From contig CAZBWB010000001.1 of NCBI GenBank assembly GCA_964495875.1, forward strand, positions 215,656-279,655: a stretch of DNA of 64,000 nt. The letters run 5' to 3'. The notes under the pieces are model-generated. The model made no database searches and was not told the origin of the DNA. It saw only the letters and a program-made list of their open reading frames with translations. This document shows positions 18,605 through 27,714 of the stretch, piece after piece. The stretch's first letter is position 1. Every line of letters starts with the position of its first letter. Position numbers and translations under genes: made by a program. The DNA is from Candidatus Woesearchaeota archaeon. Lineage in GTDB: Archaea > Nanobdellota > Nanobdellia > Pacearchaeales > GW2011-AR1.

Positions 18605-19375
18605 TTAAAAAGCATCAATTCCAAGAGTTCGTACTGAATCATATAACTCAATAAATTTTTCCTGCACTGCTTTATCTTGATTATTTATATAATTGAGTAA
18701 TCCGTCATAAAACATTTGTGCACCTTCTGGGTCTGCATTAATATAATCTTTTAGTTTTTGATTAATATTAGTAGCAAGCCAGTTAAGTATTAGTTCTTGT
18801 TCTTCTTTTGGAGCTTTATTGAATCTATCAGTTGCCTCTGTTATTAATCCTGCAACATCAGCTGTTTTAGCTAAATAATCTCCTGCTTGTTTACCAAGTA
18901 ATCTATAATCCATATCAAGATTATCAATTTCAGTTGCAAGTCCATTAATAAGTCCCAATCCGAATTCCTGAGCTCTTGATGGCAATGTTGAATATAAATC
19001 ATCAATATCTGGTTCTAGTGCTCTTATATAATCTAAAATAATATCTGATGTTTTGGGGGCATATTCTAAGACAGGTGACACAACCGGTTCTTTTGCAACT
19101 TTTTCTTCAAGTGATTTTTTAGGTTCAGGAGGTGTAGTAATTTCTTCCTTTTTCTCCTCTACTGGTGCTTCCTCTATTGCTGGTACTTCTTTCTCTGCTG
19201 CTGCCACTTCTTCTGCTGGTGCTTCAACAACTTCTTCAGTTACTACTGGTGCTTTAATTTCCTTTTCTTTTATTTTTCTACTTAGACTTTTACAGCTAAC
19301 TAAAGGACTAAACGCCAAAAAGCCTGCTACCACTGAAGCTACATAGAGTGTTGTTTTTTTGTATAGATTATTCAT
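18605..19375 (-). CDS. secreted/lipoprotein-like hypothetical protein with Glu/Pro/Ala-rich linker
   Basis: Signal peptide ending LVSC, low-complexity linker, helical C-terminal domain; SD AGGTGA. Confidence 0.65.
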   Translation of the reverse strand: MNNLYKKTTLYVASVVAGFLAFSPLVSCKSLSRKIKEKEIKAPVVTEEVVEAPAEEVAAAEKEVPAIEEAPVEEKKEEITTPPEPKKSLEEKVAKEPVVSPVLEYAPKTSDIILDYIRALEPDIDDLYSTLPSRAQEFGLGLINGLATEIDNLDMDYRLLGKQAGDYLAKTADVAGLITEATDRFNKAPKEEQELILNWLATNINQKLKDYINADPEGAQMFYDGLLNYINNQDKAVQEKFIELYDSVRTLGIDAF

Positions 19376-19483
19376 TTATCACCTTTATTCTAACTATATT
19401 TTATTATATAATCGTATATTTATAAATATTTTGGAGATTTCTGATAAACCTTTATAAACCATTATTTACTACTTTTATTAACA

Positions 19484-20035
19484 ATGCCCAACACTAATTA
19501 CAAAATCCAGAATATTGTGGCAACAACCTCCTTACAAAAACCTGTTCCTTTGACAAAATTAGCCAGAACTCAGCCAAATACAGAGTATAATCCAGAGACA
19601 TTTCCCGGACTCGTATTAAGGATTAAAGAGCCAAAATCAGCAGTTCTTGTTTTTTCCTCTGGAAATCTTGTCTGCACAGGAACAAAATCTGTCTCACAAG
19701 TAAAACAGGTTATTCAGGCTGTAATAAGACAACTCAAAAAAATAAATGTGAATATAACGGCAAAACCCAAGATAACTGTCCAAAACATAGTTGCTTCAGG
19801 AACAATTGATTTAAAACTTAATTTAAATTTCCTGGCAATTGAAATGCAAAATACAGAATATGAACCAGAACAATTTCCTGGTTTAGTCTATAAACTTATA
19901 GAGCCCAATGCAACATTTCTTCTTTTCAGTAATGGAAAACTCGTCTGTACAGGAACAAAAAATAGGAAACAACTTGAAGAAAGTATGACTCAGTTATTAA
20001 AAAATGTCAAATTAGCTTTAAAAAACTATAAATAG
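19484..20035 (+). CDS. tbp: TATA-box-binding protein
   Basis: Two repeats of (I)QNIVA...EY(N/E)PE.FPGLV...L.FS.G..VCTG. Confidence 0.98.
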   Translation: MPNTNYKIQNIVATTSLQKPVPLTKLARTQPNTEYNPETFPGLVLRIKEPKSAVLVFSSGNLVCTGTKSVSQVKQVIQAVIRQLKKINVNITAKPKITVQNIVASGTIDLKLNLNFLAIEMQNTEYEPEQFPGLVYKLIEPNATFLLFSNGKLVCTGTKNRKQLEESMTQLLKNVKLALKNYK

Positions 20036-20071
20036 CAATATTTAAAAAATCTATTAATTTATATATCTTAA

Positions 20072-21085
20072 ATGAAAAAGAGAAAAAATAAAAGGGGAAT
20101 TAATATTAAGATAACTTTAACAAACAGATGGCTTTATTTCTTAATAACATTAGGAATTCTTGCAGTTGTAGGTATTGGAGTTTATGCTGCTACTTATCCT
20201 GCTTCAGGAGCAGGACACCCATACACTGAAATTTCAACTTGTGGGGCTAACAAGATTTTAAAGATGAATTCTGTAGGAGATGCCTGGACTTGTACAGATG
20301 ATGCAGCCGGAAGCAGTCAATGGACAACTTCAGGAAGTAATATTTATTATAACGATGGAAATATAGGAATTGGAACAACAGATCCAAGATCTAAACTAAC
20401 TGTTGGAGAAAGAGATGGCTCCCTTAGTAAATCTCCTATACTTTATAGTTTCTTATGGGGTGGTCAACCTACTAGCTCTGCTATACATGGTCAGAGTATT
20501 GATAGCAGTGGTGTAATGGGCGACAGCGAAACCGGCTATGGAGTATTTGGTAAGAGCAACAGCAAATATGGTGTATTAGGAACCAGTAATTATGGTATTG
20601 GTGTGCGTGGTGCTGCTACTGGCGCTACAGGTATTGGAATAGAAGGTTCTTCCAATCCTTATATTGGGGTGAGAGCTTATGGTGGTACTTATGATTTCTA
20701 TGCCTATGGTCCAGGAACAGATTATGGAACAAGTTCTTCTATAAGATGGAAGGACAACATAACACCAATAGATAGTGCTTTGAGCAAAGTGTTAAATTTA
20801 GAAGGAGTTTATTTTGACTGGGATGAAGAGCACGGTGGACTGCACGATATGGGATTCATTGCAGAAGATATCGGAGAAATAGTTCCAGAAGTGGTGGGTT
20901 ATGAAGATTATCTTAATTTATCTAATCATTATATTGATAAAGAAGGAAATGATAAAATTTATGCTTCAGGAGTTGATTATGGAGCACTAACTCCTTTGTT
21001 AGTTGAAGCTATAAAAGAGCAGCAAAACAAAATTGATAGTCTGGAAAAAGCATTATGTGACTTGGGACAAATACAATTTTGTTAA
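20072..21085 (+). CDS. membrane-anchored tail-fibre-like protein with C-terminal peptidase S74 intramolecular chaperone domain
   Basis: N-terminal TM, GNIGIGTTDP repeat, Gly-rich beta repeats, SSIRWKDNI...GFIAED...VDYGALTPLLVEAIKEQQ. Confidence 0.82.
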   Translation: MKKRKNKRGINIKITLTNRWLYFLITLGILAVVGIGVYAATYPASGAGHPYTEISTCGANKILKMNSVGDAWTCTDDAAGSSQWTTSGSNIYYNDGNIGIGTTDPRSKLTVGERDGSLSKSPILYSFLWGGQPTSSAIHGQSIDSSGVMGDSETGYGVFGKSNSKYGVLGTSNYGIGVRGAATGATGIGIEGSSNPYIGVRAYGGTYDFYAYGPGTDYGTSSSIRWKDNITPIDSALSKVLNLEGVYFDWDEEHGGLHDMGFIAEDIGEIVPEVVGYEDYLNLSNHYIDKEGNDKIYASGVDYGALTPLLVEAIKEQQNKIDSLEKALCDLGQIQFC

Positions 21086-21168
21086 CTTTGATTGTATTAA
21101 TAAGTGCTATAACAAAATCCATTTTTCTTCACATAAAACTATAAAAACTAGAGCACTTTTTCTAAATT

Positions 21169-23190
21169 ATGGCAGAAGAGGGCAAACTAAAAAAAGAAGA
21201 ATTAGTTATTGAGGCAAAAAGTTTTTTTGATTCTTATAAAAAAGAAATTGGGGAAAGGCTGAGAAAAAGGAATAATATAGTTTTTATAGATTTTATGAAA
21301 CTAACAGAATTTTCAAATATATTGGCAGAAGAAATATTAACAGACCCAGAAGACACCCTGCGATTAATGGAAATTGCTATTGAAGAATCTGGTCTTGCCA
21401 ATAATGTAAGGGTGAGGCTTTTGCATTTGCCAAAAAGCCAGGAGATGATGGTGAGAAACATTCGTTCCAGACATTTAAATGAAATGATTGTAATTGAAGG
21501 AATAATAAGGCAGGCTTCTGATGTTCGTCCTCAAGTCGTGAATGCAAAATTTGAATGTCCGAGTTGTGGAACAGTAATTTCAGTTTTACAGATGGAAAAA
21601 AAATTTAGAGAACCGACAAGATGCTCCTGTGGAAGAAGGGGAGGATTTAAACTTCTTAGTAAAGAAATGGTTGATACGCAGAGATTGGTGATAGAAGAAG
21701 CACCAGAATCTCTTTCAGGAGGAGAACAGCCAAAAAGAATTAATGTTTTTCTAAAAGAAGACCTAGTGGAACCAAAAATGGAGGAAAAAACAACTCCTGG
21801 AAGCAGGGTTAAAATTATTGGAATTTTGAAAGAAGTTCCGGTTCCATTAAGCAGCGGCGGATTATCAACACGTTTTGAACTTGCTATTGAAGTAAATAAT
21901 ATAATTCCTCTTGAAGAAACTTTCGAAGAGTTTGATATTACAGAGGAAGATGAAAAGCAGATTTTTGAACTCTCGCAAGATCCAAAAATTTTTGAAAAAT
22001 TTTCACAGAGTATTGCACCAAGTATCTGGGGATATGAAGAAATAAAGAAATCCCTCATTTTGCAATTATTTGGTGGAATTCCAAAAATTCATAAAGACGG
22101 ACAAAAAAGTAGAGGAGATATTCATATATTATTAGTAGGAGACCCCGGAGTTGCTAAATCAGTTACTTTGGGTTTCATGGCAAATATCTCTCCTAAAGGA
22201 AGATATGTTGTTGGAAAATCAGCAAGCGGGGCTGGTTTAACAGCCACAGTTGTTAGAGATGAATACCTAAGAGGATGGAGTTTAGAAGCAGGAGCAATGG
22301 TTTTGGCAAATAAAGGGTTAGTTTGTATAGATGAACTTGAAAAAATGGACCCGCAAGACAGAAGTGCAATGCATGAAGCAATGGAACAGCAGACAATAAC
22401 TATCAGCAAGGCTAATGTGCAGGCCACCTTGCGTGCAGAGACAAGTGTCCTGGCAGCAGCGAATCCAAAGTTCGGAAGATTTGACCCCTATCAATCAGTT
22501 GCTCAGCAAATAGACCTGCCTCCAACATTAATTAACAGATTTGACATAATATTTCCATTAAGGGATATTCCTAATAAAGAGAAAGATGAAAAAATTGCCG
22601 ACCATGTATTACATGAGCATCAGAAAAAAGGGGGGGAGATAATAATCCCTACAGAATTACTCAGAAAATATATTGCATATGCAAAACAGAGAATTCATCC
22701 AGAATTGAACAATGAATCTGTTAATGAAATAAAAAATTTTTATATTGAGTTAAGAAACAGACCTGTAAGTTCTGAAAGTGCTCTGAGACCAATTCCAATT
22801 TCTGCAAGACAGTTACAGGCATTAATAAGAATGTCAGAAGCATCAGCAAAAATAAGACTCAGTAATACAGTTACAAAAGAGGATGCAAAAAGAGCAATAG
22901 AAATAATGAAATATTATTTGATGCAAGTCGGATATGATTATGAATCAAAAACATTCGATATTGACAGAATTGCAGGAAAATTCTCTTCCTCACAGAGGAA
23001 CAAGATAATTACTGTAAGAGATACAATAACTGATTTGGAAAATAAATTAGGAAAGATGATTCCAATAGAGGAAATAGAAAAAGAACTTGAAGGAAAAATG
23101 AAAAAAGAAGAAATTGAAGAGGCCATTGAAAAATTAAACAAAGAGGGAACAATATACAAACCGCGAAAAGGTTATGTTGGAGTTGCTTAA
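21169..23190 (+). CDS. mcm: replicative helicase MCM
   Basis: CPSC...CSC zinc motif, GDPGVAKS, IDELEKM, INRFD arginine finger; no intein. Confidence 0.98.
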   Translation: MAEEGKLKKEELVIEAKSFFDSYKKEIGERLRKRNNIVFIDFMKLTEFSNILAEEILTDPEDTLRLMEIAIEESGLANNVRVRLLHLPKSQEMMVRNIRSRHLNEMIVIEGIIRQASDVRPQVVNAKFECPSCGTVISVLQMEKKFREPTRCSCGRRGGFKLLSKEMVDTQRLVIEEAPESLSGGEQPKRINVFLKEDLVEPKMEEKTTPGSRVKIIGILKEVPVPLSSGGLSTRFELAIEVNNIIPLEETFEEFDITEEDEKQIFELSQDPKIFEKFSQSIAPSIWGYEEIKKSLILQLFGGIPKIHKDGQKSRGDIHILLVGDPGVAKSVTLGFMANISPKGRYVVGKSASGAGLTATVVRDEYLRGWSLEAGAMVLANKGLVCIDELEKMDPQDRSAMHEAMEQQTITISKANVQATLRAETSVLAAANPKFGRFDPYQSVAQQIDLPPTLINRFDIIFPLRDIPNKEKDEKIADHVLHEHQKKGGEIIIPTELLRKYIAYAKQRIHPELNNESVNEIKNFYIELRNRPVSSESALRPIPISARQLQALIRMSEASAKIRLSNTVTKEDAKRAIEIMKYYLMQVGYDYESKTFDIDRIAGKFSSSQRNKIITVRDTITDLENKLGKMIPIEEIEKELEGKMKKEEIEEAIEKLNKEGTIYKPRKGYVGVA

Positions 23191-23233
23191 AAATCCCATA
23201 AAAACTTATAAACGTTTAACTATTTTCTAAAAA

Positions 23234-23854
23234 ATGCCGGAACAAGAATTCAAAAGACACATAGCATATAAACTCAGAATAGGAGATATTTTAATAGGAA
23301 AACCAGTAATGGATGGTGAAAGATTTTCTTTTTTAGAATTAGGAAACAAAAAAATAGTCAGGGTAAATATTATTGGAAATATTGTGGATAGATATCAAAG
23401 CGAAGGAGAAAGCAGATATATTTCACTGACTTTAGATGATGGTTCTGGACAAATAAGATTAAAAATTTTTGGAGATGACGTTGAAAAATTCAAAAATATA
23501 ATTCAGGGGCAGACAATCCTTATTATAGGATTATTGAGAAGTTTTAACAATGAAACCTATATCTCACCTGAAATTATGAGGCAAGTGGATCCAAAATATC
23601 TATTAATCAGAAAACTTGAAAATGAAAAAAACAGGCAAGACACTCCAATAGAAAAAAGTCAAATAATTGCTGTAAAAGATAAAATCCTGGAAACAATAAA
23701 AAAATCAGAAGATGAAGGAGGAATCGAAATAGACAATATAATTATGAATTTAAAGGAAATTTCTCCGGAAATAATTAATCAGGAAATCAAAAAACTTCTC
23801 GAGGAGGGAATTATCTTTGAACCTCGCCCTGGAAAAGTCAGGTGGCTAGGGTAA
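23234..23854 (+). CDS. RPA32-like OB-fold/winged-helix ssDNA-binding protein
   Basis: LDDGSGQIRLK OB motif and C-terminal LLEEGIIFEPRPG wHTH. Confidence 0.82.
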   Translation: MPEQEFKRHIAYKLRIGDILIGKPVMDGERFSFLELGNKKIVRVNIIGNIVDRYQSEGESRYISLTLDDGSGQIRLKIFGDDVEKFKNIIQGQTILIIGLLRSFNNETYISPEIMRQVDPKYLLIRKLENEKNRQDTPIEKSQIIAVKDKILETIKKSEDEGGIEIDNIIMNLKEISPEIINQEIKKLLEEGIIFEPRPGKVRWLG

Positions 23855-23884
23855 ATTTATATACTCTTTTTTCAGATTTAAATT

Positions 23885-24289
23885 ATGACAGAATATGAAA
23901 AACTATTGGAGCAGGCATATAAAGAAGTCAAGCAAGCTGAAGCTGGAAAAAGGTTTGAAATTCCGAAAATAGAAGGGCATTTTGAAGGTAAAAAGACAAT
24001 ATTGACGAATTTCTTCCAGATTGCATCATATATGAGGAGAGAACCAGAACATTTTCAGAAATTTATTCTTAAAGAACTTGCAGCATCCGGTCAAAAAGAA
24101 GGAGACAGGCTTATTTTGAACATTATAGTTCCAAGTGAAAAAATAAACCAAAAAATAGAGCAATATGCCAAGGAATTCGTGCTTTGCAAAGAATGTGGGA
24201 AGCCGGATACAGAAATTCTCAAAGAAGACAGATTGACTTATATTCACTGCCTTGCATGCGGTGCAAAACACCCTGTCAGCAAAATCTAA
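23885..24289 (+). CDS. eif2b: translation initiation factor aIF-2 beta
   Basis: KTILTNF, KELA and C-terminal CKECGKPDT...CLACGA. Confidence 0.95.
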   Translation: MTEYEKLLEQAYKEVKQAEAGKRFEIPKIEGHFEGKKTILTNFFQIASYMRREPEHFQKFILKELAASGQKEGDRLILNIIVPSEKINQKIEQYAKEFVLCKECGKPDTEILKEDRLTYIHCLACGAKHPVSKI

Positions 24290-24340
24290 ATCTTTAAAAA
24301 ACACTCTAACGTAGAATATTTAACTAAATTTGGAGATAAA

Positions 24341-24484
24341 ATGGCAACAGGATATTGTGTTAAATGCAAAAGCAAAACTGAAATAAAAGATGCAAAAAAA
24401 ACCAGAACAAAAAAAGGAAAAGAAATGATAAAGGGAAAATGCCCTAAATGTGGCACTACAGTTTGCACTTTTAAAGTAGATTAA
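24341..24484 (+). CDS. small zinc-binding protein, DUF5679-like (47 aa; absent from the ORF track)
   Basis: MATGYCVKCKSKTEIKDAKKTRTKKGKEMIKGKCPKCGTTVCTFKVD*, with GGAGAT upstream. Confidence 0.8.
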   Translation: MATGYCVKCKSKTEIKDAKKTRTKKGKEMIKGKCPKCGTTVCTFKVD

Positions 24485-24511
24485 TTCTATTTCTTTTATT
24501 TTTTATTTAAA

Positions 24512-24808
24512 ATGCAGATAAGAATAATTAAAGCATATAGAGATATAGTTGTAATCTGTGATACCAAATTAATAGGAAAGAGATTTGAAGAAGGCAAATT
24601 CCAATTAGATATTAAAGAGAATTTTTACAAAGGAGAGGAAAAAACAGAAGAAGAGGCAGTAAAAATGATAAATGATATGATAAAAGAAGATGCCACATTC
24701 AATATCGTGGGAGAAGAATCTGTAAATACAGCATTAAAAACAGGCATAATAACCAAAGAAGGAATAAAAAAGATTAAAGGTGTGCCATTTGCTTTAGTAT
24801 TGTTATAA
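24512..24808 (+). CDS. DUF424 family protein
   Basis: VVICDTKLIGK, FYKGE, ATFNIVGEESV. Confidence 0.85.
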   Translation: MQIRIIKAYRDIVVICDTKLIGKRFEEGKFQLDIKENFYKGEEKTEEEAVKMINDMIKEDATFNIVGEESVNTALKTGIITKEGIKKIKGVPFALVLL

Positions 24809-24858
24809 TTAACAGAATATATACATACTTTTATAAATAATTTTGAAATTTAATTAAT

Positions 24859-25182
24859 ATGCAAAAAAATAATCCAAGTCAGGAAGAGCAAAAACCAGTA
24901 ATGCGTGTGAAACTTCCCAGAGAAAATCAGGTCATAGGAATTATAGAACAACGGCTTGGAGGAAATAAAATGATGGTTTCATGTCTGGATGGAAAGCAGA
25001 GAAACTGCAGGGTGCCCGGAAGACTGAAAAGAAAATTATGGTTAAGACCAGGAGATGTTATTATCATTGAATTATGGGAATTTGACAAAAACAGAGGAGA
25101 TATAATATTCAAATATAAACCAAGCCATATCGAATGGTTAAAAAAGCACGGTTATCTTGAATCAGAAAAAACTGAGTTTTAG
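24859..25182 (+). CDS. eif1a: translation initiation factor aIF-1A
   Basis: RLGGNKM..CLDGKQRNCRVPGRLKRKLWLRPGD. Confidence 0.96.
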   Translation: MQKNNPSQEEQKPVMRVKLPRENQVIGIIEQRLGGNKMMVSCLDGKQRNCRVPGRLKRKLWLRPGDVIIIELWEFDKNRGDIIFKYKPSHIEWLKKHGYLESEKTEF

Positions 25183-25227
25183 AATCAAAACTCTTAAAAC
25201 TTCTTTTTTCTTAATAAATTAAATAAA

Positions 25228-25323
25228 ATGGTATGCGATTTTCATCAGAGGCAAATAAAAAATCGCTCCCCAGGATTCAAGAGGGAAGTTGACTGTCAAG
25301 AAACCGTAGGTGTCTTACAATGA
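25228..25323 (+). promoter_or_regulatory. structured GC-elevated leader / 31-codon uORF upstream of the KH gene
   Basis: Stem GCGATTTT/AAAATCGC, stem TCCC/GGGA, palindrome TTGAC-T-GTCAA; ORF 25228..25323 ends in an ATGA overlap. Confidence 0.4.
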
Positions 25324-25826
25324 GAAAGATCTATTCAGAAAAACTTCCAAGAATTTTAAAAAACAAAAAAAAGATTGAAGCAGAACTGAATGTTAAAATA
25401 ACTAACAGAGGAAAAGAGATTACAATACAGGGAAAGCCAGAGGACGAGTATATTGCTGAAAAAGTGATTGATGCATTGAATTTTGGTTTTCCTTTTTCAG
25501 ATGCATTAATGATAAAAAAAGAGGATTTTCTTTTTGAAATAATAAACATAAAAGAGCATACAAAGAGAAAAGATTTAGAAAGAATTCGGGCACGAATTAT
25601 TGGAACAAAAGGAAAAACCCTGAAAACTCTGTGTCAACTGACAAAATGTTTTTTTGAATTAAAGGATAATGAAGTAGGAATTATCGGTCCTCCAGAATAC
25701 ATTCAAAATGCCCAAAACTCCATTATTTCGATTATCAAAGGAACAAAACAGGCAAATGTTTATAGTTTTCTGGAAAAGCATCAGGTTAAGCCTGTTTTTG
25801 ATTTAGGATTGAAAAAAGAAAAATAA
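25320..25826 (+). CDS. KH-domain rRNA-processing protein (Pno1/Dim2 family)
   Basis: ALNFGF and RIRARIIGTKGKT (GxxG); position downstream of eif1a. Confidence 0.88.
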   Translation: MRKIYSEKLPRILKNKKKIEAELNVKITNRGKEITIQGKPEDEYIAEKVIDALNFGFPFSDALMIKKEDFLFEIINIKEHTKRKDLERIRARIIGTKGKTLKTLCQLTKCFFELKDNEVGIIGPPEYIQNAQNSIISIIKGTKQANVYSFLEKHQVKPVFDLGLKKEK

Positions 25827-25956
25827 TTGACATAATTCACTTCAAAAAATATTTTCTATATTAATTATCTATGATAACTCTGAGCAAAGCGAGGAGCAAA
25901 TTAAAGGTGGATGAGCGGGCAAACATTTAAATATAAAATTAAATTTCAGTTTTTAG

Positions 25957-26059
25957 GTCCCGGTAGCTCAGTTGGCAGAGCACATGGCTGTTAAAATTAT
26001 AATTTTTCAAGGAATTAATAGAAACCATGGTGTCAGAGGTTCGAGTCCTCTCCGGGACG
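25957..26059 (+). tRNA. tRNA-Asn(GTT) with a 30-nt intron (25994..26023) at 37/38
   Basis: GTCCCGG/CCGGGAC acceptor, CATGG-CTGTTA|A-CCATG anticodon arm, AGAGG-TTCGAGT-CCTCT T-arm. Confidence 0.93.
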
Positions 26060-26173
26060 TTGACGAGAACCTAGATTCGACGAGCAATGTTCATAAGCCT
26101 CGGCTCACAACAGAGAGCGAATGGGCTTGCGAGCTGTCCTCTCCGGGACGTTGGCAATCTTGTCTCCGGGACG
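26045..26173 (+). repeat. direct repeats of the tRNA-Asn 3' end (att-like)
   Basis: GTCCTCTCCGGGACGTTG is identical at 26045..26062 and 26136..26153; TCTCCGGGACG occurs again at 26163..26173. Confidence 0.9.
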
Positions 26174-26179
26174 CTCTGA

Positions 26180-27628
26180 TTATTTATGAATTCTTTTAGA
26201 AGTAATTGCTTGGATTAATTTCACAGCCATTGTTTTATGGGGAAAATATTTTTTCAAAATTTTAAGATTTTGGTCAACCCATTCTTTTCTTTTTGTATTG
26301 TTCCGAAGTATGCTGATAGTCTCATCTATTTTCTTTGCATTAATTTCGTAATTCGTAAGTGCTATAACTTTAAAATTATATTTTGCTATATCACTCTTAA
26401 AAACACCGTATTTGTAAATGACAGGTATAAGACCAGAAGCCAAAACTTCAAGAAGATTATTTCCAAAACCTTCAACTTCACTAAAATAAGTTGAAAACCC
26501 TCCAAGTTTTGCAAAAATCTTTGGATACTCTTCAAAAGTCAGATGTGTTTTGAAATAATAATCCTCTGCAAAAATAAGAAATAAATTCTTGGTATTATAC
26601 TCTTTTCTGAATTTTCTGTTGAGCTGAAGAAGCTTTCTTCTTGTGCTGTCTGCCGTATGACCTGAAACCAAGAAATATATCGCTTTGTAATATTTTCTTT
26701 TTCTCAACTGATTAAGCAAAGCATAGCAGTATTCAAGAGCAAAATCAATTCTCTTTCTGCTGACTAGTCTTGTATGTTGCAGGCAGAATAAAACATCTGA
26801 AAGTTGAAGATGTTTTTTCTTAAGTAAATTTCTTATCTTAAAATCCTCTATAAATGCATTAACTCTGTCATTGAATTTGTCTGATTGAAGATCTCTAAAT
26901 TTGTTTATAAAAACATCAGTCGTGTTATAAACAACACCATGATTCATCTCCATTTGATGATAAAAACCAGGATTTCTCTTATCGAGTTTCTTAAAATATT
27001 TCTTTGCATTCTTGAACTGCAAACTGTTGATGAAAAAAATATATTCAACAAAATTCCCAGGAACTCCTTGAATTAAATAATTTTCAACATCCTTTGGAGG
27101 ATTGACAAAACTTTTTCTCTCTAAATGAGAATCATGCCACCACAAAATATATTTGGGAGTTCTTTTTCCTTTATTTATCATATCTCTATAATACCTGCTT
27201 AAAGCTACAGAACCGATAAAATTAATGGGATGGGAAGTATTATGTGCAATTAATACATCTATTCTTTTTTTTCTTATAAACTCTCCAATAACTTTTTGAG
27301 CTTCATTAATCGCCTTTTCAATCTTCTCACTCATCTCTCCCCCATAGCCAATTTGATATTTATCTATCATAAGCCTGTTAATCTCATGATTATTCCATAG
27401 TATATCCCTGACAATAATCCTCGGAGAATTTATTTTAGATTTTCCAATCAAATAAAAAATATTTCTTTTGGGAACTTTCAAATATTTGTTAAGAACTCCT
27501 TCAATCTGTTTCATAACAATTGAAACTCCTTCAGCATCTCCGAATAGAGAGTGAATCATTCCATATCTCAAACGAGGAATATCTTTTTTCTTGAATTGTT
27601 GAGCCTCTTTTTTAAAAATAGTCAGCAT
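26180..27628 (-). CDS. GT-B fold glycosyltransferase-like protein (GT4-like)
   Basis: N-terminal GDAEGVSIV, TRLVSRKRID and the C-terminal GT4-type EGFGNNLLEVLASGL. Confidence 0.72.
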   Translation of the reverse strand: MLTIFKKEAQQFKKKDIPRLRYGMIHSLFGDAEGVSIVMKQIEGVLNKYLKVPKRNIFYLIGKSKINSPRIIVRDILWNNHEINRLMIDKYQIGYGGEMSEKIEKAINEAQKVIGEFIRKKRIDVLIAHNTSHPINFIGSVALSRYYRDMINKGKRTPKYILWWHDSHLERKSFVNPPKDVENYLIQGVPGNFVEYIFFINSLQFKNAKKYFKKLDKRNPGFYHQMEMNHGVVYNTTDVFINKFRDLQSDKFNDRVNAFIEDFKIRNLLKKKHLQLSDVLFCLQHTRLVSRKRIDFALEYCYALLNQLRKRKYYKAIYFLVSGHTADSTRRKLLQLNRKFRKEYNTKNLFLIFAEDYYFKTHLTFEEYPKIFAKLGGFSTYFSEVEGFGNNLLEVLASGLIPVIYKYGVFKSDIAKYNFKVIALTNYEINAKKIDETISILRNNTKRKEWVDQNLKILKKYFPHKTMAVKLIQAITSKRIHK

Positions 27629-27714
27629 AAAAATTAAAAATTCGCAAGATATAAAAACATTTCTAAAAAATCAGAAAACCTTAAATTTAAATATCTGTAT
27701 TTCTAAATTCATCT

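Noticed and set aside
21107-21162. AAGTGCT...AGCACTT inverted repeat upstream of mcm as a possible origin or operator
   Set aside because: Only 7 bp, widely spaced; no ORB-like repeats and no cdc6 in the window.
24286-24468. 60-aa minus-strand track ORF
   Set aside because: Shadow of the plus-strand DUF5679-like zinc protein 24341..24484.
26045-26173. CRISPR interpretation of the repeats after tRNA-Asn
   Set aside because: The repeat is the tRNA 3' end, spacers are very unequal (73 and about 9 nt), and there are no cas genes.
25972-26199. 75-aa track ORF
   Set aside because: Overlaps tRNA-Asn and its repeats; not protein-coding.
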